34,728 bases of DNA from a virus. Taxonomy: Duplodnaviria > Caudoviricetes. Under the pieces are notes generated by a model. The model was not told where the DNA came from. It searched no databases and worked only from the letters and a program-made list of their open reading frames with translations. The translations under genes were made by a program, and so were the position numbers. Positions 7,173 to 16,402 of this stretch are shown here, in pieces; position 1 is the first letter of the stretch; each line of letters starts with the position of its first letter. The stretch lies in IMG/VR virus record IMGVR_UViG_3300011336_000071, positions 1 through 34,728 of that record. The stretch is one strand, 5' to 3'.

Positions 7173-7763
7173 ATGTCAACAAGAGTCACAACCGGCGAGG
7201 TACGCACCTCATACTTCTCAGCCCTGCAATCCCGCAAAAACGAAATGAATGGCAAGGATGAGTTCTCCACTCAGATCCTCATTCCAAAAAGCGACAAAGA
7301 AACGCTGGCCGCTTTAAAGGCAGCAGCCAAAGAGGCGCTGGCCGCCAAGTTTGGTGACAAAGTGCCGAAAAACATCCGCAGCCCACTTCGGGACGGCGAC
7401 ACTGAAACCAAGACAGATGGCAGCCCATTGGGCAAAGAGTACCAAGGCCACTTCTACTGCAATGTGAAGTCAACCGCCAAGCCTGGCGCCGTTGACAAGC
7501 ACGGCAATGACCTGCTGGGCAGTGACGACATCGTGTCGGGCGACTACATCAGGGTCAGCCTGAATGCGTATGCGTACAGCCAAGCCGGCAATAACGGGGT
7601 TAGCTTTGGCCTGAACAACATCTTGTTGGTTCGCAAAGGTGAGCCGTTGGGCGCAAGCAAGCCAAGTGCTGCTGCCGACTTCGGCATCGTTAAAGGTGCG
7701 CCAGCGCCAGCCAAGGCCGCTGCGTCAGGGTCATGGGACGATGAGGATGATATTCCGTTCTAA
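7173..7763 (+). CDS. DUF2815 (T7 gp2.5-like) single-stranded DNA-binding protein
   Basis: FSTQILIPKSD, PLRDGD, YAY..AGNNGVSFGLNNI and acidic tail DDEDDIPF. Confidence 0.9.
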   Translation: MSTRVTTGEVRTSYFSALQSRKNEMNGKDEFSTQILIPKSDKETLAALKAAAKEALAAKFGDKVPKNIRSPLRDGDTETKTDGSPLGKEYQGHFYCNVKSTAKPGAVDKHGNDLLGSDDIVSGDYIRVSLNAYAYSQAGNNGVSFGLNNILLVRKGEPLGASKPSAAADFGIVKGAPAPAKAAASGSWDDEDDIPF

Positions 7764-7948
7764 GCCTTGGCCTCAATCAGCTTGAGCAGCGCCTGCTCAA
7801 GTTGGTTGACTGACTCCCACAGAGGCTTGACAGACCCAGACATCCAGCGGCTCACCTGCGGCTGCTGGATGCCAGCCTCACGGCATACGGCATTCATCCT
7901 AATGCCATGCTCTCTGGCCTTGTCTCTGATGTCTTGTACTGATTGCAT
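7760..7948 (-). CDS. Cro/XRE-like HTH regulator
   Basis: 62 aa; HTH MNAVCREAGIQQPQVSRWMSG; divergent from the 8046 operon. Confidence 0.8.
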   Translation of the reverse strand: MQSVQDIRDKAREHGIRMNAVCREAGIQQPQVSRWMSGSVKPLWESVNQLEQALLKLIEAKA

Positions 7949-7954
7949 AGGTGT

Positions 7955-7963
7955 ATTTTAGCA
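7955..7963 (-). promoter_or_regulatory. Extended -10 promoter implying a leaderless HTH mRNA
   Basis: TGcTAAAAT, 6 nt, then ATG; no Shine-Dalgarno sequence. Confidence 0.5.
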
Positions 7964-8045
7964 ATAACAGATCAATTTATTGACTACTATGCAATATTCT
8001 TTATTTGCTGTAAACTTCGTGACACTACTAACTCAGGGGAACAAC

Positions 8046-8150
8046 ATGAACAAATTAAGCAATCGTGCTGATGCAGCCTTGGACTACCTGCTGTGCTTGG
8101 TGATCGGCTGCGGCTTGGCTGCGGCACTGGTGGCGTGGTGGTCAGCATGA
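8046..8150 (+). CDS. 34-aa single-TM peptide
   Basis: MNKLSNRADAALDYLLCLVIGCGLAAALVAWWSA; RBS AGGGG; ATGA overlap with the next ORF. Not in the ORF track. Confidence 0.65.
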   Translation: MNKLSNRADAALDYLLCLVIGCGLAAALVAWWSA

Positions 8151-8308
8151 TCAAGACGCCACCACCATCGCTGAACAAAACGCTCGGGGCGTACAACCCC
8201 CTTGAACTCAAACCCTTCACAGGTCGGCCAGGTGCAATGGACGCATTCAAGCTGCCGTCACTGATTGGCAATGTGCAGGTCTTCAGGAAAGATGCAGACA
8301 AACTATGA
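8147..8308 (+). CDS. Hypothetical protein
   Basis: ATGA-coupled at both ends; RPGAMDAFKLPSL motif familiar from phage hypothetical proteins. Confidence 0.65.
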   Translation: MIKTPPPSLNKTLGAYNPLELKPFTGRPGAMDAFKLPSLIGNVQVFRKDADKL

Positions 8309-8490
8309 ATGATGTACTTGAGCCGGCGTTAGAGGCGGCAATTGAGTTCATGGACGATCTGCTCAGTCCAGAGTGCTATGGCCATGCGATACCGACAGAC
8401 GCACACACAAGGGCTTTCGTGGTGCGTGCCATGCTGCGCCGCGAGTACACCCGCAGGATGCAAGATGCGCGGACTAAAGCCGGTCTATAG
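8305..8490 (+). CDS. Hypothetical protein
   Basis: 61 aa, ATGA-coupled. Confidence 0.6.
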   Translation: MNDVLEPALEAAIEFMDDLLSPECYGHAIPTDAHTRAFVVRAMLRREYTRRMQDARTKAGL

Positions 8491-8845
8491 AGCCGCCATC
8501 ATCCGGCTGCTGAGCATTGGCCCGTTGAGTGTGGCCGAGATCGCTGTGCGCCTGCCCTGCTCCATAAGCACTGCTTACGACAATGTCAGAGCATTACGCA
8601 AGGTTGGGGTGGTGCGGGTGCATGGCTATGAAAAGTCCGGCAACATGACCACGGCCCTGCTGACGATGGGCAGTGAGCCGGATGCACCAAGGCCGCTGTC
8701 GTTCACAGCCGCCGAGCGTATGCGCAAGAAGCGCCACAAGATGTCGGCAGACGATAAGGATTTTCTGAATGCACGCCGCCGTCAGAGGAATCGAAAGATC
8801 AAGATCGACCCGCTGACAGCGGCATTTTTTGGGGGAATGAGATGA
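8465..8845 (+). CDS. Winged-HTH DNA-binding protein with a basic tail
   Basis: IIRLLSIGPLSVAEIAVRLPCSISTAYDNVRALRKVGVV; C-terminal DPLTAAFFGG. Confidence 0.7.
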   Translation: MRGLKPVYRAAIIRLLSIGPLSVAEIAVRLPCSISTAYDNVRALRKVGVVRVHGYEKSGNMTTALLTMGSEPDAPRPLSFTAAERMRKKRHKMSADDKDFLNARRRQRNRKIKIDPLTAAFFGGMR

Positions 8846-8851
8846 GGCTGA

Positions 8852-10651
8852 TTACTGATTCAAAAGGCTGGTCAAGCCTGATGCACCAGTTATCGGCAGC
8901 AGTCTCTTCAAAAGCTCTTGCGTAGCCAAGTCAGTGCCTGGTGCAATGCCACCCTGCAATCCTGTTGCCAAGTTGGCAGCCGGCTGAGATGTGTAAGCAC
9001 GCGCTGCAATGTTTGTCGGCGCTGCCAGCAACATGCTCAATGGTGTCACCTCCATCGACCTAGTGGCAGTTCCAGAGTCTCCAACAATCGGCTTGAATGC
9101 TTGGGCAAACCTTGCAGCCTCATACATTGGCGTTTGGTTAGAGCCAAACACAAAGCCTTGTGGGTCTTTGCGGGTCAATGCGCTGGCCAAGTTTAAGCCC
9201 GACACATTGCCGGTTGATGGGTTGACCACACCTTGATTTGACCGGATGGTCATCAGGTTGCGATAGTTGGCTCGGGCTGTTTGGAATGCGGCCTGTTGTT
9301 CTGCCGACAAACCTTGTGCCAGTGCATCGTCAATAATTTCCTTCATCTGGAACAAAGCACTGCCAAGCTCACGATCACCCATTGCTGTGGTCATCTCGTT
9401 TTTGGCACGCTTGCCAACCTTTGACGATAGCGTCTGCAACTGGTTGCCACTGGCCTCACCTTTGGCGGCCAGTTCTTGCAATTGCTTTACAAAGATGTTG
9501 CCTTTAAGTGGCTGAGTAGTTAGACCTTCAAAGGCGTTGTCAAGAATCTCAATGCCGGTTTGGATGGTGTTGCCATCCAGCCTTTTGACTTCAGGACTTG
9601 CCACTTGGCGATAAACACTGCTGATTTGACGCTGTGCTTGGGCCAACTGTGGATTGCTCAACTCATCTGCATTGACGCCAATGGCTTGCGCTGTGGATCG
9701 GTTGAGGATCTTTTGATTCTCAGCCTTGAGCGTGTTGAATGGCCCAGAGGTAAATGGGCTGGACTCCATTCTGGCTTCCATCTGCTGCAAAGACCGAGAG
9801 CCGGTTTCCTGACCAGGTGTTGTGCGAAATCCCATTTGTTTGCCACGGGTCAGAATGGCCTGTTGCGCAGCAGTCAGTCCGGCTGATGTGTCCGGCCCGA
9901 CAGCGCCAAGTGTTGAGCCGCCGCCAGTACCTGTGGCAGTTGGTGTTGTAGTGACATTGACTTGAGCGCCAGCAGTGCTTGGCTGACCAGCCATTGGTGG
10001 CGGTCTAGTTCCGAAAAGTGCCTTCGACAATTTGTCTGCACCATATCCAGCAAGGCCGCCAAATGCAGTGCCAGCGCCAGTTTGCTCAACTTTTTGGGCA
10101 AAGAATTCTGGGTTGGTCATGCTTGGCGTTGCCGCCACTGGCTGCAATAATCCACTGACCCCGCCACTGATAGCACCAGCACGCACTGGCGCAGTGGTTG
10201 CGCTAAGCGCACGCACAGCAGCAGTTGATGGAATCAATGTGCCAAGAATGTTGCCGCCCACACGGCCAACATCAATTTCACCTTGACGCATCTGGCCTTG
10301 GCGAAAGTTTCTTTGATAGTCAAGTTCAGCCTGACGATTGATGTCTTCAACTCGTTGGCGTTCAGACTTGAAAAACTGCTCCATGCTTGACCCAGATGGA
10401 GACACTGCCTCAAGGCCACGGGTCAGCAATTGAGCGCCAGCATCTGGGATGTCGCGCAATCCACGAATGACGCCACCGACGGGAGAGTTCAAAATCTTTG
10501 ATTGGAAAGACTCAGGGACTTTTCCAGCCGCTGCTTGTGCAGCCGCTGGCACTTGCAATGTCTGAATGGCCTTGATTATTTCGGCATCGGACATGCCTTC
10601 TGGAAAAGCGACTGGCCCAATGTTGGGTATTTGAACAATTTTGTCAGCCAT
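8852..10651 (-). CDS. Internal virion/DNA ejection protein
   Basis: 599 aa, Ala/Gly/Gln-rich; N-terminal FPEGMSDAEI motif; last gene of the structural operon. Confidence 0.6.
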   Translation of the reverse strand: MADKIVQIPNIGPVAFPEGMSDAEIIKAIQTLQVPAAAQAAAGKVPESFQSKILNSPVGGVIRGLRDIPDAGAQLLTRGLEAVSPSGSSMEQFFKSERQRVEDINRQAELDYQRNFRQGQMRQGEIDVGRVGGNILGTLIPSTAAVRALSATTAPVRAGAISGGVSGLLQPVAATPSMTNPEFFAQKVEQTGAGTAFGGLAGYGADKLSKALFGTRPPPMAGQPSTAGAQVNVTTTPTATGTGGGSTLGAVGPDTSAGLTAAQQAILTRGKQMGFRTTPGQETGSRSLQQMEARMESSPFTSGPFNTLKAENQKILNRSTAQAIGVNADELSNPQLAQAQRQISSVYRQVASPEVKRLDGNTIQTGIEILDNAFEGLTTQPLKGNIFVKQLQELAAKGEASGNQLQTLSSKVGKRAKNEMTTAMGDRELGSALFQMKEIIDDALAQGLSAEQQAAFQTARANYRNLMTIRSNQGVVNPSTGNVSGLNLASALTRKDPQGFVFGSNQTPMYEAARFAQAFKPIVGDSGTATRSMEVTPLSMLLAAPTNIAARAYTSQPAANLATGLQGGIAPGTDLATQELLKRLLPITGASGLTSLLNQ

Positions 10652-10654
10652 TTT

Positions 10655-12241
10655 TTACTCCGCTATATAACGCAAAACACCAGTCACTGGATCTCTGACA
10701 AGTCGAGGAGTACCAGCCTGTGGCCTTGCAGCCACTGCTTTTTCAACTTGCTTGTAAGCTGGGCCAGCACGCACAGTCATTGCTAGTTCGGTATCGCGTC
10801 TAGCGCGTTGTTTTTGAGCAATGGTTTGTGGGCTATCACTAGCTTGTGGGAAATATTTGGTAATCTCTTTTTCCATTTCTTCCACGCCAATCACTGCGCC
10901 TGACTCTGGCCGCAAATTGGCTGTGACCCAGTTTTCTTGAGCTTGGCGATATTGCTGGCGGCCACTTGTTTCAAATACATTGGCCACTCCAGTAGTCAGA
11001 CCAGCACTAGGGATGGAGCGCATGATTGCCTGAAACCTGCCAGGTCTTCCAAATGCCTGCTCAAGCGTAATTGGTTTTTCAGTAGCTGGATCAATTATTG
11101 GTTGACCATCAACACCTGTAACCGGCTGATTAAAGATTTCCGTTGACTGCTTCATACGGAATGCAAAGCCAGCAGACTTGCTTTGATCTTCAGTGGGTTT
11201 GGCGCCAGCACCTTGCAATTGAGTCCCACCAGCGCCCATGACCGGCATGGTTGCGCCGCCTGGAGTCTTTGGCACATAGGCCAGACCTTCTGGTGTTTCC
11301 TTGATGTCAAAAGCACCACGGGCAAATTCATCTTGGCGCAACTTTAAACCACCTTGGGCCACACCTAAAGTCGCACGATTTATCCCAAGGTTTTCTTTGG
11401 CAATTAAATTGGTAGCTGTTTCACCTGGGGTCATAGATTTTGGAATACGCTCAAGCTCTTTGTTTGTGTTTTTATCACGCACGCTGATGTAAGAGCCAGT
11501 GTCCTGATAATTAAACTCAGGGCTGCGGTTGAAATCAAGCAGCCTCATGTTGCCTGACTTGCTCAAGACAAAAGATATTGGCGTTCCTCCGGCACTATTG
11601 CCGAATTGAGGTGTTGTGCTGTACTCTTCAACAGGCTTGATTTTGTAGGCTTGATTCAGAAACTTTTCTGCGTCATCGGGCCTGTTGTATTGATTAGCAA
11701 TGTCTGCCTTGCGCAAGAGTTCCTGAAAACGCTTGTCAGTCTCAGATGGTTGAGCCGGCGCTGGTGGTGTTGCTTGCGCTGCGTCCATGATGGCCGCACG
11801 CTGCATGGTCGGGCCAACTGGCCCAGCAGTGCTGACAGGTGCGGATTGGCTAAGCAAGCTGGCTTGCGCTGGCGTCAATGGCTCTAGTGTTTGCGCTGGG
11901 GCTGCCGCTGAAGGAGTTCCAGCCAATGCGGTTTGATACAGACCAAGACGCTTGGCCTCTTCCAACTTCTGATTAAGCAGCAAATCCTGCACCGACCCAG
12001 CACGCGCCTGTTGGTAGCCCTGCTGACCTGCTTGCAGTGCCGAGCCAAGGGCTTGCCCCAGGTTGATGGGGGTAGTGCTGCGGCCACTGGCTTGCAGCAG
12101 TGCAGCAGCCGCCGCCAGAGTAGCGTTGCGGCCCATCAGCTTGCGCTGGTCTTCACTCAGCAGCGCATCAAGGCCAGTGGGCGTGCCGCCCATGCCGCCG
12201 CCAAACATGCTGCCAAAGTCAAAATCAAATGCTGTTGCCAT
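10655..12241 (-). CDS. Internal virion/DNA ejection protein
   Basis: 528 aa; LLQASG...GQALG..LQAGQQGYQQA N-terminus; TEDQSKSAGF...LRPESGAVI C-terminus; position in operon. Confidence 0.6.
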   Translation of the reverse strand: MATAFDFDFGSMFGGGMGGTPTGLDALLSEDQRKLMGRNATLAAAAALLQASGRSTTPINLGQALGSALQAGQQGYQQARAGSVQDLLLNQKLEEAKRLGLYQTALAGTPSAAAPAQTLEPLTPAQASLLSQSAPVSTAGPVGPTMQRAAIMDAAQATPPAPAQPSETDKRFQELLRKADIANQYNRPDDAEKFLNQAYKIKPVEEYSTTPQFGNSAGGTPISFVLSKSGNMRLLDFNRSPEFNYQDTGSYISVRDKNTNKELERIPKSMTPGETATNLIAKENLGINRATLGVAQGGLKLRQDEFARGAFDIKETPEGLAYVPKTPGGATMPVMGAGGTQLQGAGAKPTEDQSKSAGFAFRMKQSTEIFNQPVTGVDGQPIIDPATEKPITLEQAFGRPGRFQAIMRSIPSAGLTTGVANVFETSGRQQYRQAQENWVTANLRPESGAVIGVEEMEKEITKYFPQASDSPQTIAQKQRARRDTELAMTVRAGPAYKQVEKAVAARPQAGTPRLVRDPVTGVLRYIAE

Positions 12242-12250
12242 ATTACCCCC

Positions 12251-12979
12251 TTAACCTAGCAAGCCAAGAATGCCGCCGCCGATTGCGCCGATAGGGCCAA
12301 ACAATTGACCGCCAGCCAAAGCACCACCCAAAGCACCGGATGCGACATTGCGGCTGTATGGCGTTGATACACTGCCGCCCAAGTTGGCAGGACTTGCACC
12401 CAAGCTAGACTGGACAATGCCAAGTTTTTGCAGGCCGATGTTGCGCAGCGCATCAAGCTGCTGCTGCTCAAACGCCTGACGCGCACCGCCCAAAGCCAGC
12501 ACATTCTGGCCGCCTTGGATGTTCTGGCCACGGGCGTACTGAGCCAACTGTGCAGCTTGGCCATAGCCTTGATTGCGCAAATTTGCTGACAGGTCAGCGG
12601 CTTGCTTCAAGGCAGCGGCATTTGTCAGTGAAGACTGCACGCCTTGGCGTGATCCACCAAAGGCTCTGGCTTGTGTGGCGGCCTGACGATCTCTGAGGTC
12701 GGCCATCTGGCGGCTTGACTCAATATCGGCAAGGCTGCGGTCAATGACCTCCTGCTGATACGGATTCATAAACCCGCCAATTTCCTGTCCAGTAAACGGG
12801 GTCAGTGATTGGTTGACGATCTGCTCTTCACCCGCTTGGTACAGAGGATTGAATCCGGCAAACTGCTGGACAGGCAATGCCGCTGCGACATTCTGGGCTT
12901 GACCAAAGTTTTGAAGGAATGCCTCTTTGATCTGTGGATCAATTGAAGTTGACGATGTTTGAGTTCCACCTTTAGACAT
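12251..12979 (-). CDS. Pilot/ejection protein (P22 gp7-like position)
   Basis: MSKGG start, FMNPYQQEVID, Gln/Ala-rich with a Gly-rich hydrophobic C-terminus. Confidence 0.6.
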   Translation of the reverse strand: MSKGGTQTSSTSIDPQIKEAFLQNFGQAQNVAAALPVQQFAGFNPLYQAGEEQIVNQSLTPFTGQEIGGFMNPYQQEVIDRSLADIESSRQMADLRDRQAATQARAFGGSRQGVQSSLTNAAALKQAADLSANLRNQGYGQAAQLAQYARGQNIQGGQNVLALGGARQAFEQQQLDALRNIGLQKLGIVQSSLGASPANLGGSVSTPYSRNVASGALGGALAGGQLFGPIGAIGGGILGLLG

Positions 12980-12989
12980 TTTTCGCCCC

Positions 12990-13883
12990 TTATCCCAATA
13001 AAGATTTCATTTTTTTGGCAGGAATTTTGCCGTTGTTGATCATGTCCAGCAGCCCTTGGCCGTACTTCTTGACCGATGATTTCTTGATGACATATTCGCC
13101 AAGCTGCAACATGCCAGTGCCGTCATCTGGGCCTGGTGGGTTGGGGCCGCCAACTCGGTCAACGGGGCCGCCCATGTTGTACTGGCCTTCACCAAAACCA
13201 CCACTTGTATCGCCCGTGCCATAACCACCAGCCTCAGAGCCGGCACTGCTTTGGTCTGAAACGCTTTGTGATGCTGCCGTGTCAGCAGCCAGTGCATCTT
13301 GCATCGACTGCATAGCTTGAGCGTTCATCGCAGCATTGGCAGCAGCTTCAGCCGCTGCATTCATGTCGGAAATCTCACTGGCGCGGAAGCTCTCTTTTGC
13401 GCTTTGATATGCGGCAGGGTTGACGCCCATTGCAATCAAACTCTGGTCGCTGACAAAGCCTGGATTCATTGCTCGTTGCAAAGCACCCAATGCGGTAAGC
13501 CCAAAAGCCTTTTGGCCAAGCTGAGTGATGGTCGCCATTGTGGGGTTTGCAGCGTAGTAGGCCGCCTGTTCAGCAGGGGTCATGCTGCTCCATGCACTTG
13601 GTGCAGCAGGCTCAGAGCCACCGCTGCCGCCGCCACCGCCAAAGCCAAGCTGGCCAATTGCTCTTGGCGCATTGCTGTACATGTTGGGGTTGTAGCCGCC
13701 TTGAAAATTATTGTAGCCACCCGACATACCGGCGTATGGGTTTTGCAGCATTGGCATCCGGCTCATGATCTGCTGGTACGGGCTGACGCCCACCTGAGAA
13801 TATGGAGTCGCCGCTTGAGTCTGGCCAAGCAGTCGCCGGAGTTCATCAAGACTCAGCATTCCGAGATTTACATCTGTTGCCAT
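12990..13883 (-). CDS. Putative internal virion protein
   Basis: Low complexity; C-terminal GGPV..GP.PPGPDD...LQLGEYVI..SSVKKYG..LL..IN.G motif. Confidence 0.55.
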   Translation of the reverse strand: MATDVNLGMLSLDELRRLLGQTQAATPYSQVGVSPYQQIMSRMPMLQNPYAGMSGGYNNFQGGYNPNMYSNAPRAIGQLGFGGGGGSGGSEPAAPSAWSSMTPAEQAAYYAANPTMATITQLGQKAFGLTALGALQRAMNPGFVSDQSLIAMGVNPAAYQSAKESFRASEISDMNAAAEAAANAAMNAQAMQSMQDALAADTAASQSVSDQSSAGSEAGGYGTGDTSGGFGEGQYNMGGPVDRVGGPNPPGPDDGTGMLQLGEYVIKKSSVKKYGQGLLDMINNGKIPAKKMKSLLG

Positions 13884-14252
13884 TTACAACTCCTTTGCAA
13901 GTACAGACCACTGTGGACTGTAACCTTCGTCTTTTAAAAATGTCTTTGCCCAGCCCTTGCGGCCTGCCAAAGTCACTCTGGTGCAGCCAATCGACTTGCC
14001 CCAGGATTCGATCATCGATCTCATCCGTGAGAGTTCATCTAGGTCGCCACCAGCCAAGAAATAGTGAAGGTTCTTGAGTCGCGGATAGACAATGATCTCT
14101 GTCAATACCACCGAGTTTGAGGCCGGCCACAACTGCAATCTGTGATCCCCCACCATCTCGGCAACATCGTCAAAATTATGTGTGCCTCCGCTGTATTCTA
14201 AAGCAGCCTCCACATGGTGGCGTAGCCTATTCAAATGCTCAATATCACTCAT
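13884..14252 (-). CDS. GNAT-fold virion assembly protein (P22 gp14/T7 gp13-like position)
   Basis: LHYFLAGGDL...WGKSIGC..VTLAGRKGW; ATGA-coupled to the tail tube gene. Confidence 0.6.
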   Translation of the reverse strand: MSDIEHLNRLRHHVEAALEYSGGTHNFDDVAEMVGDHRLQLWPASNSVVLTEIIVYPRLKNLHYFLAGGDLDELSRMRSMIESWGKSIGCTRVTLAGRKGWAKTFLKDEGYSPQWSVLAKEL

Positions 14253-15727
14253 CGCTTGCTGCTGGCCACCGCATCCAGCCGCATGACGCCGATGCGCCAA
14301 TCAGCCAAAACAGCACCTGTCACTTTGACATTGACTTGCCGCGCCACAAAACGCACATCCGTAGGGTTGGCAGCCGTGTATGGCCCAAAGGTGGACTGAG
14401 CGCCAGTCGGGTAATTTCGGGTCTTGAATGAAACCACTGCCTCGCCAAGTGTCTGCTCATCTGGGACAACTTGCCGCACAGACATCAGGTTGTCGCCATT
14501 GCCAAGCTGCACTGGCCCAGACTCAGCGTAGACGCTGGCGCTGTCATAGGCAAAACCCACTTCATGCTCGTAGATGTAACCATCGCTTGATACCAGCAGC
14601 GGGTTGGTGAACACACCCGCATCAGTGCCAGCAGTACGGGCCAATGAGCCTATGTTCCAGTGGTTTTCGCGGTAGTTGTAGGTGACATAACTGTCATTCT
14701 CATTGCTGCCGCTGCTTGGGTAGTACCACCAGATCTCGCCAAACTGGCTGTTGTGGACAGCGTAGACCTTGGATGCTTGGTTGAAGTTCATGTTGCTGAA
14801 CACATAGTCAGACACATCACTCGGCAGGGGCTTGACATAGCCGTCATAAGTCCAGAAACCGGACTTGCTCATCCAGATGGCCGCCGTGTCGATGGCCGCC
14901 ACAGCTTGAGCCGAAATCAGGCCGCAGCCAGAGCCGGCCTTCTCAAAGCCATAAACAAATGGTGCGCCAATGTACTGAGCCGTGTGTACATCCACATCTG
15001 TAAAGAGCAGGTTGACGCCCTTGACGCGCTTGCCGGCCAACAGAGTGCCAGGTGTGGCCAACTCATAGTCACCCGCCTGATTGGTGGCTAGTGGCGTCCA
15101 GACTGTATTGTCCTCTTGGTCTGACCACTGCACCTTGCGCGGGTTGCCACCAGCACCAAGGGCAAACAGGATGCGCTCGGCAGTGACCAAGAGAGCCTTG
15201 TTGCTAGTTGGTGCGTTGGTGATGGCCGCTGCCAAGGTCGGGGTTGTAAAGCCAAGCTGCCACTCGTAGAGCTTTCCATCCGAGCTTGAACAGGCCACCA
15301 GATACTCGCCCCATGTGTCCAAACTCCATGTGGTGGCCGGAATCAGCCCACCCAGATCAGGTCGAGCCACACCATAGGCGTATGTGCCATAGGTGCTGTA
15401 GCCGTAGCCGGTTTTGATCGTGGCGCTGGCAATGCCGGCAGTGATGCCGCTTGGTGTAATTTCTTTGAGTGTCCCAGCCTCGTTCATAGCGTACAGCTTG
15501 GACTGTGTACCAGCGGCAATGAATCGCTCTCCGCTATTGTTGCGCCAAGTGATGAACCCTCTGCATAGACCAGTCATCTGGCTTGCCGAGCGCTTCCTCC
15601 AGCCGCCCATAGGCCGCAGGGTGTTCTCGTACCAGCGCACCAAATTCGCGTCATACCACCGCCCCGCAGCTTGGTACTCTGTGCCGTTCCTGTAGATGCC
15701 TGGTGGTAGTTTTAGTGGGATGTACAT
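14249..15727 (-). CDS. Tail tube/nozzle protein (P22 gp10-like)
   Basis: 492 aa, beta-rich; VQWSDQED...W, GCGLIS and EIWWYYPS. Confidence 0.75.
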   Translation of the reverse strand: MYIPLKLPPGIYRNGTEYQAAGRWYDANLVRWYENTLRPMGGWRKRSASQMTGLCRGFITWRNNSGERFIAAGTQSKLYAMNEAGTLKEITPSGITAGIASATIKTGYGYSTYGTYAYGVARPDLGGLIPATTWSLDTWGEYLVACSSSDGKLYEWQLGFTTPTLAAAITNAPTSNKALLVTAERILFALGAGGNPRKVQWSDQEDNTVWTPLATNQAGDYELATPGTLLAGKRVKGVNLLFTDVDVHTAQYIGAPFVYGFEKAGSGCGLISAQAVAAIDTAAIWMSKSGFWTYDGYVKPLPSDVSDYVFSNMNFNQASKVYAVHNSQFGEIWWYYPSSGSNENDSYVTYNYRENHWNIGSLARTAGTDAGVFTNPLLVSSDGYIYEHEVGFAYDSASVYAESGPVQLGNGDNLMSVRQVVPDEQTLGEAVVSFKTRNYPTGAQSTFGPYTAANPTDVRFVARQVNVKVTGAVLADWRIGVMRLDAVASSKR

Positions 15728-15729
15728 AA

Positions 15730-16386
15730 TCAGATTGTCGGTAGGTTAGAGACAAAGCTCATTGTGGCAATGGCTGATGGCACTGCTGGCCGTGTTGGGC
15801 TGGCGCTGGCAGCGTACTGCTCAATCGAAACGCCAACATCAGTTGGCCTCCACATGATCTCCACATAGTCACTTGCATTCAAGCTCAAGAAATAATTTAT
15901 GGCCGCAACAGTGTGGTACGGATCTCCAGGAGATTTCCGAGGTGCAAAGCCAAATCGACTGTTTGAGTTTGCTGAATTTGTACCATTGACCCGAAACCAA
16001 ATGTCCACATCCTGCGCGGCATTTGTCGTATTTGTCAATTGAATGGAAAACTGCAAGTTCCAGATTCCAGAGTCGGCCACTGTGATTCGACTGTTGCTGG
16101 CTATTGTCACGCCATTGGAAAAGTCTGTCGTGTTGAATGTGACGGCAGTGGCGACTGTGGTGCTAGCCGCCGTCTGGTCGGTTGAGTCTTGAAACGCCCC
16201 GTGCGGGTTGTTCATAAACTTGCCGCCCCTTGGCCCAAACAGTGAGCCAAGCACGGAAGTCAGTTTTCTGGCAAAAATGTTCAGTGCGCCGTTGTTCTCG
16301 TTCAAGTTCCGGCGTTCATACACCTCTGGTGGATAACCCAGAGGGGGCAGTGAAGGCGTCTCTAATTGTTGCTTGACATTGGCCAT
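15730..16386 (-). CDS. Tail needle/knob protein with a C1q-like head
   Basis: GAFQDSTDQ, VTFNTTD, GIWNLQFSIQL and DYVEIMW. Confidence 0.55.
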   Translation of the reverse strand: MANVKQQLETPSLPPLGYPPEVYERRNLNENNGALNIFARKLTSVLGSLFGPRGGKFMNNPHGAFQDSTDQTAASTTVATAVTFNTTDFSNGVTIASNSRITVADSGIWNLQFSIQLTNTTNAAQDVDIWFRVNGTNSANSNSRFGFAPRKSPGDPYHTVAAINYFLSLNASDYVEIMWRPTDVGVSIEQYAASASPTRPAVPSAIATMSFVSNLPTI

Positions 16387-16402
16387 GACATGATTATTTC
16401 AC

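Noticed and set aside
7028-7990. Recombinase-invertible segment carrying the SSB gene
   Set aside because: No flanking inverted repeats found by eye; the shared ATGCAA..TTTATTTG motif is in direct orientation.
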